From assembly GCF_964213995.1 (NCBI RefSeq), contig NC_135801.1, positions 116,374,001 to 116,438,000 on the forward strand: 64,000 bases of DNA. The letters run 5' to 3'. This stretch comes from Mustelus asterias. Taxonomy: Eukaryota. Shown here in pieces: positions 12,722-25,894 of the stretch (its first letter is position 1; every line of letters begins with the position of its first letter). A program made the translations under genes and the position numbers. Below the pieces are notes generated by a model. It saw nothing but the letters and a program-made list of their open reading frames with translations. It searched no databases and was not told the DNA's origin.

Positions 12722-13214
12722 GTAATACCTTCAGCATAATTCTTCCGTATTCAGGCTAAGTGCCCACCCCAGTGGGAAAATGGAAGTGTTTTCTGCTGCC
12801 GCTGGAGGCGTCTGTCAAGTAGGATTCACCTACCTGAAAGATGCAAAAGAGACAATCTCGTGAAACCTGCTGGCCAGCCCTGCAATTAAGGCCCTCTGCC
12901 CCCACCACAAAAAAATGGAAATGATAACCCACCCCCCATCCCCGCTGACCAGAGGAGACCACAAACCCCTCAGCAAAGAGGGGCATCCTACCCACCATTC
13001 AAATAATGAACCATTCCCCAACACGCACCATACAGGCATAAGGATGGCCTGATGCCCCTACCCAAGCCCCCCCCCTTCAGGCCATGTGCCTTGGAAGTGG
13101 CAAAGGTGCACGGCCTCCTGGCACTTTGGGCCCCAAAGGGGGTCAAAGACATAGATCTAGTGGCTGTTTGCCCCAGTGCTGATGCCAGACTGCAGAGGGA
13201 GAGTCTTCCAAGGT

Positions 13215-13482
13215 CCTGGGGGTTGATTTAGCTTTAAATTGAGGGGTGTTGTATATAGGACAGATGTCAGAGGTAGGTTCTTCACTCAGAGTAGTAAGGG
13301 CATGGAATGCCCTGCCTGCAGCAGTAGTGGACTCGCCAACATTAAGGGCATTTAAATGGTCATTGAATAAACATATGGATGATATTGGAATAGTGTAGGT
13401 TCGATGGGCTTTAGATTGGTTTCATTGGTCGGCGCAACATCGAGGGCCAAAGGGCCTGTACTGCGCTGTAATGTTCTATGAT
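13215..13482 (+). mobile_element. CR1 LINE 3' end
   Basis: FFTQRV..AWNALP-type C-terminal coding remnant and gagggccaaagggcctgtactgcgctgtaatgttctatg tail. Confidence 0.8.
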
Positions 13483-14470
13483 TCCCAGGCTGGGGGCAAA
13501 GGGTTGACCTCGCCACTTCCCCCTAGGATGGGAGCCTCCTGGCTGGACTGCCCCTTCTAGCCCTGGCAGACCTGAAGATCACCCCTGGCATGGTGATTTC
13601 AGGCAACCTTGTGACCAACACCTTCATTCCTGTCTGTCTGCTATGAAACTTTGAAGTGGTCAGGTCACTTTAATCTCCATGCCCCTTGGTCACCTGGCAA
13701 CCTTTAATATCACTGCAGCACTTCATTCTGCAGCAGAGATTTCTCTTTCTCTGTCAGCAGCTGCAGGTGTGAGCAAACTGCATTGAAATCCTTTGACCAA
13801 GATGTAATTTTCACTGGGAGTGGGATTCCTTCTGCACAGCTATGCACGCAGCCCCAAACTATTCACTCAGCTGTTATTTGAAGTCTCTGACACCTTTGAA
13901 ACTCTCTCTGTTCCATTGCAAACCTTTGATCTCCATCAATTTCATTGTGCAGTGTTTTGAAATAGGTTTCCATTGACAACTTAATGGATTTCTACTCAGC
14001 ATCCAGTCATCTGTGTTTATTTACCTTTTGCTTCACGCTTGAATGCATCTCAAGTACCTCCATTATTTGTAACCCCAATGTTTACATAGACTCTAAGCCT
14101 GATTGACAGCTGTGGTCTCTTCTAAGGGATTAAATGGTTTCACTTTTTCCTTTGCAGACTACTTATTCCCTTTGAAAGACCCCAGCTCTCAATCAGGCTT
14201 AATCTATGAAAGAATAAAATGATTGTAATTTACAAGGGTAGCAGTTATAATTATATCACCAAAATGTTTGATGTGTTTGGGCAATGAACCAGTTTCTATT
14301 TGGGAATTTTGCTAGCAAAGTGATAAGTTTCCGAAAGATTCTGCCTTAATACACAAAAGCTCATTAATCACAGGAAAGTCTTGATCAGCTTCATGCATTA
14401 TTGGTTTAGCATTGAGTCTCATTGTAGATAAGCATGATGTCTGGTATTAAACATTGTTCCTTTTATACAG

Positions 14471-14581
14471 ATTTTTGAGCAGGTCCTAAGTGAACTAGAA
14501 CCCCTGTGTTTGGCTGAACAAGACTTCATTAGCAAATTCTTCAAGTTACAACAGAATCCAGCTTTACCAGGTTCTGTAATG
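14471..14581 (+). CDS. EXOC1: EXOC1 coding exon, 111 nt
   Basis: tatacag|ATTTTT...GTAATG|gtacgg; [37 protein letters not shown]. Confidence 0.94.
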
Positions 14582-14816
14582 GTACGGCCTTTTCATACCA
14601 CATAAGTAAATCTATACCTATGGAAAGAGGTGCTATTTTTATGTTTGAAGAAGGAGAATAGTCATGCATTATTTTTACCATGATGTTTCTTAGACCGTGA
14701 GCCAAATTGGTTGTTATATTTTGAATAATTGACTAAAAATAACATTGCTTACTTTCTTTAAAGACTTGTGGCTTTTTGAAAATTGCAAACACCAGTGTTG
14801 TTGTGGTTGATAACAG

Positions 14817-15123
14817 GAGTGGTGCAGTGGTTACCACTGCTGCCTCACAGTACCAGGATCCCAGGTTCAGTTCCTGGCTTGGCTCAGTGTCTGTGTGGAG
14901 TTTGCACATTCTCCCCATGTCTGTGTGGGTTTCCTCCAGGTGCTCCGGTTTGCTCCCACAGTCCAAAGATGTGTGGGTTAGCTGGACTAAATTATCCATT
15001 ATTGTCAGGGGGATTAGCTAGGGTAAATGCATGGGGTTATGGGGATAGGGCCTGGGTGGGATTGTGGTCGGTGCAGACTCAATGGGCCAAATGGCCTCTT
15101 TCTGCACAATAGAATTCTATGAT
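14817..15123 (+). mobile_element. V-SINE (HE1-like), tail A
   Basis: V-domain ctgtgtggagtttgcacattctcccc...cacagtccaaagatgtg; attctatga tail. Confidence 0.88.
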
Positions 15124-16458
15124 ACAGCAGCAAACAGTTTTTTCTTTCGTTACATTTGCAATTTTCAGAAAGAACTTTTAAAATTATTAGATTTGTTAAA
15201 GAATTTGCTAACCTTTTAATGTGCTCTATTTAAGTTTAAAATAGAATTTAGTGATTTAGTCATTTACGAACTTAATGCATTTCCTTTGTATTATGCAAGT
15301 TGTCTGAAACCATTAAAATTGCATTGCTCATCAATAAAGATAGCGCCATGTAATCATTCTCTTGAATAATAAAGCTTTACTGGAAGTTCAGCAAAGACAT
15401 GAAAACAGATGTATACACCACGAGTTACAAAGAATTGGAAAGGGAGAAATATAAAGTGTTAGCAACTTTATACTCATATCAGTTTCAGCATATGTTGTAA
15501 CATTTATGCTGAAAACATTTAAACCATATGACTTGATCTGTTTTTTGATTAATTGGTGGTACAATTTGTGCAAATTGTTAAATATTTTGTGACTTCATCT
15601 TAGTCTTATCAAAATATTAAATGCAATATATCTGGTGCTGCACTGAATGACTACTCATCTCAATCCGAATTTCAGCTCTCCTTTCGTTTCCATGTAAACT
15701 ATACTAGCCATGTTTACAGTTTACTCTTCATCCACACCTGCTCACCCTAATGTTAATCACTGTTAAGGCCAGTGTCAACAGCCTACCCCATGTTCAATGC
15801 TCAACAAAACCTTCACTCTCCCCAATCCTGGACATTTTCACTTGCTAGGGCCTCAAGCAGGAAGACATTAATGTATGTGGCGCACAGCTGGCTTAACCAT
15901 CCATTGTGAGGCCTGGCTTAAATACATCAAGCTCTACTTGCCTCACTGTCCTCTGCCAAAATGGGCCACCACTATAAAAATTAGGATTGAAATGACCAAG
16001 GATACGTACTCATTCGGGTGAGGTGCCAGGCACCTGGATGGCAAGGATAATCCCAGACTCCTTTTCTCTATGACCATCCTTGGCTTTAAAAGCAGTATCT
16101 GCAGTTTTTTTGTTGTAATTTCCTCTATCCCCCCCCCCCGCCCCCTCAGTCCAATCCTTCACGCTACAGCTGCTGATGTTCCTTTCTAAATTGAGTCAAT
16201 GGAAATCTAGTTAATGAAGAGTGGAACAAAATGAGATAGGAAGCACTTCATTCAGAATGTGATAAATTCTGAGGATGTGAATCTCCTTGCTCGAGAGCAG
16301 CATTCTCAGTTGCTTGAAGGCAGGTTTCTGTTTCTCTCCAGTGCGCAACAGTACAAGGGGACAAAAGAAAACAGATAAAATGACTAGGAAGTTATATCTT
16401 CGAAGCCCTTAGTGTATAAGCATAGTAATCAATGGTGGAATCTTAGGAGGCAAGGTTT

Positions 16459-17246
16459 AAAGAACAAAGAAAATTACAGCACAGGAACAGGCCATTCGGC
16501 CCTCCAAGCCTGCACCGACCATGCTGCCTGACTTAACTAAAACCCCCTATCCTTCCGGGGACCATATCCCTCTATTCCCATCCTATTCATGTATTTCTTA
16601 AGACGCCCCTTAAAAGTCACTAACATATCTGCTTCCACTACCGCTCCCCGGCAATGAGTCCCAGGTACCCACTACTCTCTGTGTAAAAGATCTGCCTCGT
16701 ACATCTCCTTTAAATCTTGCCCCTCGCACCTTAAACCTATGGCCCCTAGTAATTGACTCTTCCACCCTGGGAAAAAGCTCTGACTATCCACTCTGTCCAT
16801 ACCTCTCATAATCTTGTAGACTTCTATCAGGCCTCCCCTCAAGCTCCGTCGCTCCAGTGAGAACAAACCAAGTTTCTCCAACCTCTCCTCATAGCTAATG
16901 CCCTCCATATCAGGCAACATCCTGGTAAATCTTTTCTGTACCCTCTCCAAAGCCTCCACATCCTTCTGGTAGTGTGGCGAGCAGAATTGAACACTATATT
17001 CCAAGTGCAGCCAACTAAGGTTCTATAAAGCTGCAACATGACTTGCCAATTTTTAAACTTACTACCCCGGCTGATGAAGGCAAGCATGCCATATGCCTTC
17101 TTGACTACCTTCTCCACCTGCATTGCCACTTTCAGTGTGACCTGTACACCCAGATCCCTTTGCTTATCAATACTCTGAAGGGTTCTGCCATTTACTGTAT
17201 ATTTCCTATCTGTATTAGACCTTCCAAAATGCATTACCTCACATTT
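16459..17246 (-). mobile_element. CR1 LINE 3' fragment (RT C-terminal part), frameshifted
   Basis: ORFs KCEVMHFGRSN...RDLGV and EYSVQFCSPHYQKDVEALERVQKRFTRM. Confidence 0.92.
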
Positions 17247-17358
17247 GGAGCTGGGCCCAGGAGGGAAATCTAAAAGAATCAAATATATGTTAAAGTTACC
17301 TTAAATAGAATGACCTGTAGCATATTAATGTCATTTTGTCTTTTATTAATAACATCAG

Positions 17359-17438
17359 GCAGACTCCATTGAAGTAGATGGGGGACTTCTGTCTCGGCAA
17401 CATAGCCTTTTGGGAGACAGGCATTCAGTGCCATCGGA
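17359..17438 (+). CDS. EXOC1: EXOC1 coding exon, 80 nt (divergent linker)
   Basis: acatcag|GCAGAC...TCGGA|gtaagt; ADSIEVDGGLLSRQHSLLGDRHSVPS(E), similar to human DLDGGTLSRQH; phase 0/2 fits both neighbours. Confidence 0.88.
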
Positions 17439-18383
17439 GTAAGTATTGCATCTGGAATTATCAATGTGCTTGGCAATAACATTAATGAAAACTTTCTGTG
17501 GTTTGTGAATTATTGAGAGGAAACTCTCAGCTACCCTCCAGGACTTTATTTTGTGGTCTCTGATCAAATTTAAGATCGCCTGATAATGGCAATGTGAGAA
17601 CTTTGTTAAATGGCCATGGAGAACGAGTGTGCTGCATACGCCCCAGTAAAAAAAAAAAGAAATGAGGCACATGAAATATTTTATTTGTAATAATTTAATC
17701 ATCTTGTACTTACCCCTGGAGTTGACAGAAGCCCTTGCCCTCGTTTCTGAGCTGCCTTTTGATCTCAGACAGTGGTAGAATAATCATTATCAGGTCATTA
17801 CTTCAGCTTTGAATCATAAAACAATGTTATGAGGAGTAGCTGTTAAACAAAAGCAAAGATAGCACAGCATTTGCTTTGTAGAACTTGTATCTTTGTAGAA
17901 TTTTTAATTCACATTTTCTCATCAGATACACAATATCAAAAGAATGCCACACTTTGTTAACTTGCATGCAACCTTACTTAATACAACTTGTATGTGGAGT
18001 TTGATTGACTCAAGTAATCTTCAGCCTCTATCTGGGCCTGAGAACAGGTGATCTGGTTCTTGTTGATACCCTTTGCAGTTTGACTGAGACTAAAGGCAAT
18101 TGAATAAAACTTCCAATCAAACAAAAACTTATAGATGTGGAGGATCTCAGTGATCCCAGGTGTTGTTTCCTGGATCCGTACAATAGACAGATGATACAAA
18201 TCCTTTTGTCAGTAGGTTCTAAAACCCTATCTGAATTAGTTGATCACTTACAGAACAAAGCATGTCAGCATACCAAAACAACTCTCAACCAAAATCTATT
18301 CTTAGCATATTTTGTAAACTAGTCACACTTCTGAGAAATGGTCTATTTAATTAAACACACAACCTTGGAAAATCACATGCAGT

Positions 18384-18665
18384 GGGGCGGCACGGTGGCA
18401 CAGTGGTTAGCACTGCTGCCTCACAGCGCCAGGGATTCAGGTTTGATTCCTGGCTTGGGTGACTGTCTGTGTGGGGTTTGCACATTCTCCCTGTGTCTGT
18501 GTGGGTTTCCTCCCACAGTCCAAAGATGAGCAGGTTAGGTGGATTGGCCATGCTAAATTCTCCCTCAGTGTACCCGAACAGGTGCCGGAGTGTGACGACT
18601 CGGGGATTTTCACAGTAACTTCATTGCAGTGTGAATGTAAACCTACCTGTGACTAATAAATAAAC
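18384..18665 (+). mobile_element. V-SINE, tail B
   Basis: ggggcggcacggtggcacagtggttagc head; tail ctaaattctccctcagtgtacccgaacagg...gtgactaataaataaa. Confidence 0.88.
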
Positions 18666-19128
18666 TGACTTTTCTAGATCAAACTGAGCATTAACTGTCA
18701 ATCAGCAAAATGTAAAGTGATTATCAGTGTATTATGCATATTCAAATGTTTGGATTTCTGATTAGAATTGAAACAGAAATGCCCTATTCGTTGTTGTACT
18801 TTTTCATTACAAAGCATAATGTGTGAGCTATAAAGATAAATTAGCTTTGCTTTGATGGATAACTTTGGATTTGATTTGTACTTTATCTTGAAGAAAGTTG
18901 TTCAGTCTGTTTTTACAGCTTTTATCCCAAGTACATTTGTTACAATAGGTTTTCAGAAGATCAATAAATCATCTAATAGCTGCACTATCTTTTTCATTTG
19001 TGTCCTTTTGAACTGCAAACTAATATTAATGGTTTTCTATGTCAAAAGGGCTGAATATTGAGTTGTGTGTGGAGGAATCTTTCAATGTTTAATTGTGTGT
19101 TGATAAGCCACATTGTATATAATTGCAG

Positions 19129-19366
19129 AAAAGAGGAAGCAGGCATTATTCGATCAATGATGATAAAAGTTTTCCGCTGTATTGAGCCAGAGCTAAACAA
19201 CCTCATTTCACTTGGAGACAAGATTGACAGCTTTAACTCGTTGTATATGTTGGTGAAAATGAGCCATCACGTTTGGACAGCAGAGAATGTGGATCCTGCT
19301 TCCTTTCTCAGTACCACGTTAGGAAACGTCCTCGTAACAGTCAAGAGGAATTTTGATAAATGCATT
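19129..19366 (+). CDS. EXOC1: EXOC1 coding exon, 238 nt
   Basis: attgcag|AAAAG...TGCATT|gtaagt; [49 protein letters not shown]...KRNFDKCI. Confidence 0.95.
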
Positions 19367-20654
19367 GTAAGTGTTAATTTTTTTTTGTTTAAGAAAATTT
19401 TACCTGAAACAAATAATTTATTACCTCAAGTTATGCCTGATAGTGTTGGCTGCATTTAATTCATAAGTATTGTGCCCAGCAGGTTTTATCCATAACCAGA
19501 GATGTGCACAGAAATTATTTCCTAGTTTAGAATCTATTTAAAAAGGAACAGAACTAAATGTCATGAAGTGGATAATAAGCGAGTTGTATGATGGGCAGCG
19601 TCTTCTCAAAGTAACATAAGAAAATTACTTGTTATTCTGTTCGCTGTCATGGACTGTTGCTATTTTAGAAATGTATTTCAATTTTTTTACTGCCAGTTTT
19701 CTCTACTGAAGATATTGGCTTCTTTTGGGGTACATTTTCTGGGTGCAACACATCCTTTAGCATCTGACCCATTGAATCATCCTTCGTCGATGAGTTTTGG
19801 AAGACTATTTTAATATTGAACTCGAGCCACTGAATAGTGATTGAGAGTGGGAGCTTTGCCCAATTTTCCTTCCCTAATCCAGGGACACTGAGGTAAATTT
19901 TGGCATCCCCTTAACAACTGATTTTAGCTAACTCCACATAAACTGGGAATTAATCTTAGCCTTACTTGATTGTGGGATTCAGCTGGTTAATGTACCACAA
20001 AATCCCAACAGGGAAGGAGGAGGCCATTTGGCTCCTCATGTCTGTGCAGACTCTCCAAACGAGCTCTTACCAGGCCCCTGCTATCCTACTCCCTTTCAGG
20101 AGTTTTGTCTGAGTGCTTGTGGAGCCGGCTTCAAGAAGGATACTACCATTTGTTCAATGATCCTCCCATTTAATCTAAAGGTTTTTAAAAATTAGTTCAC
20201 AGGATGTGGGCTTCACTGGCGAGGCTTTGTTGATGAAAATTTTCTAGCGCTGTTATGTGTCACTGATACTCCAGATCTCACTGCAGTACAAGAGTGTGGT
20301 AACGGCCCCTACACTATACTTTAGTTGACTTGCAGAACTCTTTGTTGTCCAACACTCACTGCATAGTGTGTAGGAGGCTAAACTGGCATAGCTGATCCTG
20401 TGTTGGATCTCCTCATTAATTGTGGCCTTTTGAGAGTAGAGACTGCTAAAGTATGGAGAGAGCTCAACATATTACAGAATATCTCCTTCAACATGTTTAG
20501 GAGGTGGAATATTTGGCTGATAAGGCGAGGGTTGATCTGAGTTTCGTTTTGGCAATGTTAACAGGATATGCTTAGTCTCATGTATGCAGTATTGGAGAGG
20601 TCAAGAGTGGCTTGTAAATCTGCAGAGTGGGCAATGACACTGCAGTCAGCCGCA

Positions 20655-20840
20655 TAAAATATAAGAGCAGAATTAGGCCACTCCGCCCATCAGGTCTGTT
20701 CTGCCATTCAGTCATGGCTGATAGGTTTCTCGAGCCTATTCTCCTGCATTTTTCCCATAACCTTTGATCCCTTTAGCAATCAAGAACCGATCTCTCGCTG
20801 TCTCAAATACACTCAGTGACCTGGCTTCCACAACCTTCTG
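20655..20840 (-). mobile_element. CR1 3' UTR fragment
   Basis: ataagagcagaattaggcc...ctgccattcagtcatggctga, reverse of a CR1 tail. Confidence 0.7.
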
Positions 20841-21180
20841 TATATATGTGCATTTTTGGCACTGAGGCAACCAACGTTGAAGAGTTATCCATCTAGGTGG
20901 TATTTAATGCTCAAACCAAAAGGCAATTGACCTTTGATGAGGTGAATAGGTACTGTCTGGTAGATTAGAAATAGTATGAGGATTATCTCAGTCTTGCTTA
21001 ATGTTGATCTGGACTTAGAAGGCAAGTGTTTCCACTCCCACTCAAGGCAGTTGCAATGATACCATTATGAAGCAGTTGCAGTACATTGATGAAGTTTCTT
21101 GAACATCCAAATCTTTGGATAATCCCCAAAACCTCATAGTTTACGGAATCAAATTTTTTAGTCATGATGAATGCATGATT

Positions 21181-21477
21181 TATTTATTTTATTTTTATTA
21201 TTGTCACAAGTAGGCTTACATTAACACTGCAATGAAGTTACTGTGAAAATCCATAGTCACCACACTCTGGTGCCTGTTCGGATACACTGAGGGAGAATTT
21301 AGCATGGCCAATGCACCTAACCAGCACATCTTTCAGACTGTGGGAAGAAACCGGAGCATCCGGAGGAAACCCACGCAGACACTGGGTGAATGTGCAGACT
21401 CCACACTGACAGTGACCCAACCTGGGTCCCTGACACTGTGAGGCAGCAGCGCTAACCACTGTGCCACCATGCGACCC
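21181..21477 (-). mobile_element. V-SINE, tail B
   Basis: Same family as 18384-18665, reverse orientation. Confidence 0.88.
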
Positions 21478-21539
21478 CTCTGAAGAGTTCCTGCTGTTCT
21501 CAACAAGTTGGTGAGCATTTGCTCACATCATCACCCATA

Positions 21540-21858
21540 TCATAAAATCATAGGATCCTACAGTGCAGAAAGAGGCCATTCGGTCCATCAAGTCTGCACC
21601 GGCCACAATCCCACCCAGGCCCTATCTCCATAACTCCATGCATTTATCCTAGCTAGTCCCTCTGACATTAAGGGGCAATTTAGCCTGGCCAATCTACCTA
21701 ACCAACACATCTTTGGACTGTGGGAGGAAACCGGAGCACCCGGAGGAAACCCATGCAGACACAGGGAGAACATGCAAACTCCACACAGCCAGGAATCGAA
21801 CCTGGGTCCCTGGCACTGTGAGGCAGCAGTGCTAACCACTATGCCACCGTGCCGCCCA
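21540..21858 (-). mobile_element. V-SINE, tail A
   Basis: Same family as 11787-12130, reverse orientation. Confidence 0.88.
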
Positions 21859-21924
21859 TGCACTCAGCTTATGGATTTGGAAAGAGAAAGAACCCCCCCA
21901 CCCTTCGTTCCCCACCTCTCCCTG

Positions 21925-22140
21925 ACTTCAGGAGCGCAACAGTTGTGACAATCTTCAAGAAGGGAGATAAATCGTGCTGTGGAAACTATTGAGGTTTTTC
22001 CCTCTTATCCATGGCAGAGAAAATCCTGATATGCATTCTCCTGAATTACCTTCTTCCAGTGGCTAAGGAGATCTTCCCAGATTCACTGTGGCTTTAGATC
22101 TTTCAGACAAACCCCTGACATGGTCTTTTGCCAGATAATT
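21925..22140 (+). mobile_element. Degenerate RTE (BovB-like) LINE RT fragment
   Basis: Translates FRSATVVTIFKKGDKSCCGNY*GFSLLSMAEKIL, the RTE DCGNYRGISLLS motif. Confidence 0.65.
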
Positions 22141-22443
22141 CCAACTAAAAAAGTTAAGTGATGCACTCATTCTGTTGTGCCTGATGTCGAGCAAAAAATA
22201 GCTTTCTCAACATATATTGAACAATGCAGTCCATAAATAAGTGAAGGATCTTTGACAGTCTTTTGGTTGGACAATATGATGTAAGATTTTAATTGTTTAT
22301 TAAAAAATGTTCCAAGTTTTGAAATAGAACGAAGGAAGCTTAACACCTTTTAACAATATCCGAAGAAATCAGCTGGAACTAACAAACTTCAGTCAGTGTG
22401 CAAGTAGTCAGAGTTTTAGATTGATGCTAACAAAATTGATTTT

Positions 22444-22600
22444 GAGTATTGCTGAAGAAAGAGACATGCAGTATAAATTGATGTTCTCTTCACTGTTGGT
22501 TATCTTGTGAGCTGTTCTGGTGAGTGCAAAATGAAAAGCTTTGATAGCGTGTTTCTTTTTTTCAGCAATGCTCAAGTTCTGTACTACCAAACAACTATTT
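22444..22600 (+). mobile_element. Penelope-like terminal fragment with inverted ends (family C)
   Basis: attgctgaagaaagagacatg ... cgtgtttcttttttcagcaat inverted pair; same terminus as 31860-31910. Confidence 0.65.
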
Positions 22601-23066
22601 AAAATTGATATTTATATATATATTATTTTTTTATATATATGTTACTCCAGTTTCCAATGAGTTTCTCATGAGTTTTTGTTTTGCCTCAATATCTTCTGCA
22701 GTGGATAAGGGATTCAGATAATTGCTAATGTACAACAAAGGTTCACCAGACTTGTTCCGACGATGGCAAGACTATTTTATGAAGTGTTTCTCTGCCTCAG
22801 AGGGCTTTGGAAGCTCAGCCACTGAGTATGTTTAAAGCAGAGATTGATAGAGTTCTGATTAGCAATATGTAAATAGTGGGTGTAAAAGCCATTGAACTGT
22901 CCGGCCAGCCATGATCGTATTGAAAGGTGGAGCAGGCTCAATGGGCTGAATGACCTATTCCTGTTCCTATGTTCCCATAAAGATTGTAGACTTCAGTCTG
23001 ATGCCCAGATTTCAGATCGATGAATACACAAAGCTGAATTAGTTTGCCATTTGTATGTTCTTTCAG

Positions 23067-23250
23067 TTGAATCAAGTTAAACAAATGGAAGAAGTGAAGA
23101 TATCAAAGAAGAGTAAAGTTGGAATTCTACCATTTGTTAGTGGGTTTGAAGAGTTTGCAGAACTGGCAGAATCCATCTTCAGAAATGCTGAGCGCAGGGG
23201 AGACTTGGACAAGGCCTACACCAAACTAATTCGGGCTGTGTACAACAATG
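23067..23250 (+). CDS. EXOC1: EXOC1 coding exon, 184 nt
   Basis: ctttcag|TTGAAT...AATG|gtgaga; [24 protein letters not shown]...[12 protein letters not shown]. Confidence 0.96.
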
Positions 23251-23339
23251 GTGAGAGGCTGTTGAAATGTGAACTGAATAAGATCTGTATTTGTGATAGT
23301 GTCTTTTGTGTGATAATTTATGGTGTATTCCATTCTCAG

Positions 23340-23539
23340 TTGAAAAAGTGGCTAATGAAAGTCAGAAGACTCCACGAGATGTTGTGATGATGGAAAATTT
23401 TCATCACATTTTTTCAACACTCTCTCGTCTTAAAATTGCATGCCTTGAAACAGAAAGGAGAGAAGCCAAGCACAAATATACAGAGCATCTACAATCTTAT
23501 GTAATATACTCTCTGGGACAACCGCTTGAGAAACTTAAT
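23340..23539 (+). CDS. EXOC1: EXOC1 coding exon, 200 nt (follows an 89-nt intron)
   Basis: ttctcag|TTGAA...CTTAAT|gtgagt; [22 protein letters not shown]...LGQPLEKLN. Confidence 0.96.
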
Positions 23540-24572
23540 GTGAGTTTTCTTTATTCCACTCGAGTAGAATACTTTGATCTTGCCCTTAATCTGAAGTTGC
23601 TAAGATCTCTTGAGATAGTGTAGTTATCAGTGGAACTAAGGATAAGAGTAATGTTTTGCTCAAACATTAATCTTGGACTGGATACAATAATATTTAATCG
23701 TCTGTCCTGAAGCTTTCTTCTGTTCCATGTGAAATCACTTAAAGGACTGTTGGAAATGTTAATAATGTGGCACCTTCATGGTTATAAGGAAACAAGCAAT
23801 TCTTTGGCTCGTGAAGACGCTTGTTATCCAATTAAAAGTAAATGAATATTAAACCAGAACATTAGCAAACTATTAGTGATAACTCCAAACATGGAGTCCT
23901 ATGCTTTTTCAAAAAAATATATAAAGGCAAAATGATTATTTGAAATATTCCTCTCTAAAGAAAGTGCAAAACTTCATAATCTCCAACTGATTTTTAAAGT
24001 AAAAAAAATTGTGCAAGTGACTTAATTATCCAAAGTAATTTCAATTTCCATCGTTATGGTTTGCCATGGCATAACTGTTCAGACCAGGTAAGAATACAAA
24101 TAACACCACGAGGAATTTTTAAGTGAAAAAAATTGCATAATTGGAACTGATGAATGAAATGGAAGTTCAATTCGTTTAAATTTTTCATATTTATTTGCAT
24201 GGAACTCCTAATATGACAATATGTTGGAATATTAATGAAATTTGCAGCCACTGAAAAACTTAGTGTAGGTAGAGTCTAACATGTAATGTAGACATGTTTG
24301 AAATCTGACTGGGATTGAAAGAAATTGTGGGAAATCAATCATATTTTTGTTAGCATGTTCTAGGAAAGCAAATCACAACAAAAATGCTAGCCCAGAAAAA
24401 CTAGAGAGAACTACATGTCTGATGATCATGCTTTAGTTTGTTGAGGTGTACTTGTTGAAATCACATTTGCTGTGGATTAAATTTGCCATGAAAAATCCTG
24501 TGGAACATTGAATAAACTAAAGCTTTTTAATAAGTGCTGGTGTTATTATTAATTAGTTTCTTGCGAATGCAG

Positions 24573-24767
24573 CATTTCTTTGAAGGAATTGAAGCTCGAG
24601 TGGCTCAGGGTATCAGGGAAGAGGAAGTGAGCTATCAGCTAGCCTTCAACAAGCAAGAGCTGCGAAAGGTAATTAAAGAGTATCCTGGAAAGGAGGTGAA
24701 AAAAGGACTGGACAATCTGTACAAAAAAGTGGACAAACATCTCTGTGAGGAGGAAAACTTGCTGCAG
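24573..24767 (+). CDS. EXOC1: EXOC1 penultimate coding exon, 195 nt
   Basis: aatgcag|CATTTC...CTGCAG|gtgggt; [32 protein letters not shown]...EEENLLQ. Confidence 0.96.
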
Positions 24768-24814
24768 GTGGGTGTCATGGAATGTCGAAAATTAAATTCT
24801 AATTCAGCTTAACT

Positions 24815-25890
24815 TTTTAAAATTAATTCACGAATGTGGGCATCGCTGTCCGGCCAGCATTTATTGGTCATTTCTAAACACTTTTTAAGGTGGCAGTCAG
24901 CTGCCCCTTGAAACACTGCCATCCATGTGATGGTGCTTGCATAGTATTGTTAGATTGGCAGTTCCAAGAATTTGACCCAGCAACAAGTGGCAATATGTTT
25001 CCAAAGCAGATGGTATGTGACTTGGAGGTGGAGTTTGAGATGGTGGTGTTTACAAGTGGCTACTGCCCTTGTCTTTCCAGATAGTGGAGGTTGTGGGTTA
25101 GGAACTGCTGTCAAAGAAGCCTTTTCAGGTTGCTGCAGTGCACCTTATAGATGGTATACACTGTTGTTAAAGTGTGCCAGTCGTGGAGAGATTTTAAGGG
25201 TGGGGTATCAATCAAAAGGGTTTCTTTGCCTGAAATGGTATTGAGCTTCTGGAGTGTTATTGGAAATGCACTGATTGAGGCAAGTAGTGTATAGTTGTTA
25301 GACTCCAGGTTTATGGCTTGCAGGTGGTGGAAAGGAGTTTAAAGTTTATTTATTAGTGTCACCAGTAGGCTTACATTAACAGTGCAATGAAGTTACTGTG
25401 AAAATCACCTAGTTGCCATACTCCGGCGCCTGTTCGGGTACACTGAGGGAAAATTTCATGGCCAATCTACCTAACCAACACGTCTTTCGGACTGTGGGAG
25501 GAAACCGGAGCACCCGGAGGAAACCCATGCAGACACGGGAGAATGTGTAGACTCCGCACAAACAGTGACCCAAGCCAGGAATCAAACCCAGGTCCCTGGC
25601 GCTGTGAGGCAGCAGTGCTAACCACTGTTTGGGCAAGGCTTTGGAGAGTTAAGATATTGGGTCAGTCACCACACAATATCCAGCCTCTGAACTGCTTTTG
25701 TAGTTACAGTATTCATGTGTATTTACGTGATCCAGTTAAGTTTCTGGTCAATGGTGATGCTCAGGATATTGGGGATGGCGGGAGGAATTTGATGATGGTA
25801 ATGACTGTCAAGGAGAGCTTGTTAGACTTTCTCTTGTTGGAACTGGTGATTGCCTGGCACTTGTGTCATGAATGTTATTTGCCACTTATC
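24815..25890 (-). mobile_element. Old CR1-like LINE 3' part, interrupted by a tail-B V-SINE (about 25338-25628)
   Basis: Reverse complement of the LINE seen at 56235-57770 (e.g. gaatgttatttgccacttatc; ggccagcatttattg tail). Confidence 0.7.
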
Positions 25891-25894
25891 AACA

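Noticed and set aside
12760-14200. GC-richer intronic block, possibly a PIF/Harbinger-type remnant
   Set aside because: Could not recover TIRs or a convincing transposase/Myb motif by eye
14733-15112. Recurrent short ORFs such as VAQWLALLPHS and SLHILPVSAWVSSG
   Set aside because: Translations of V-SINE copies, not genes
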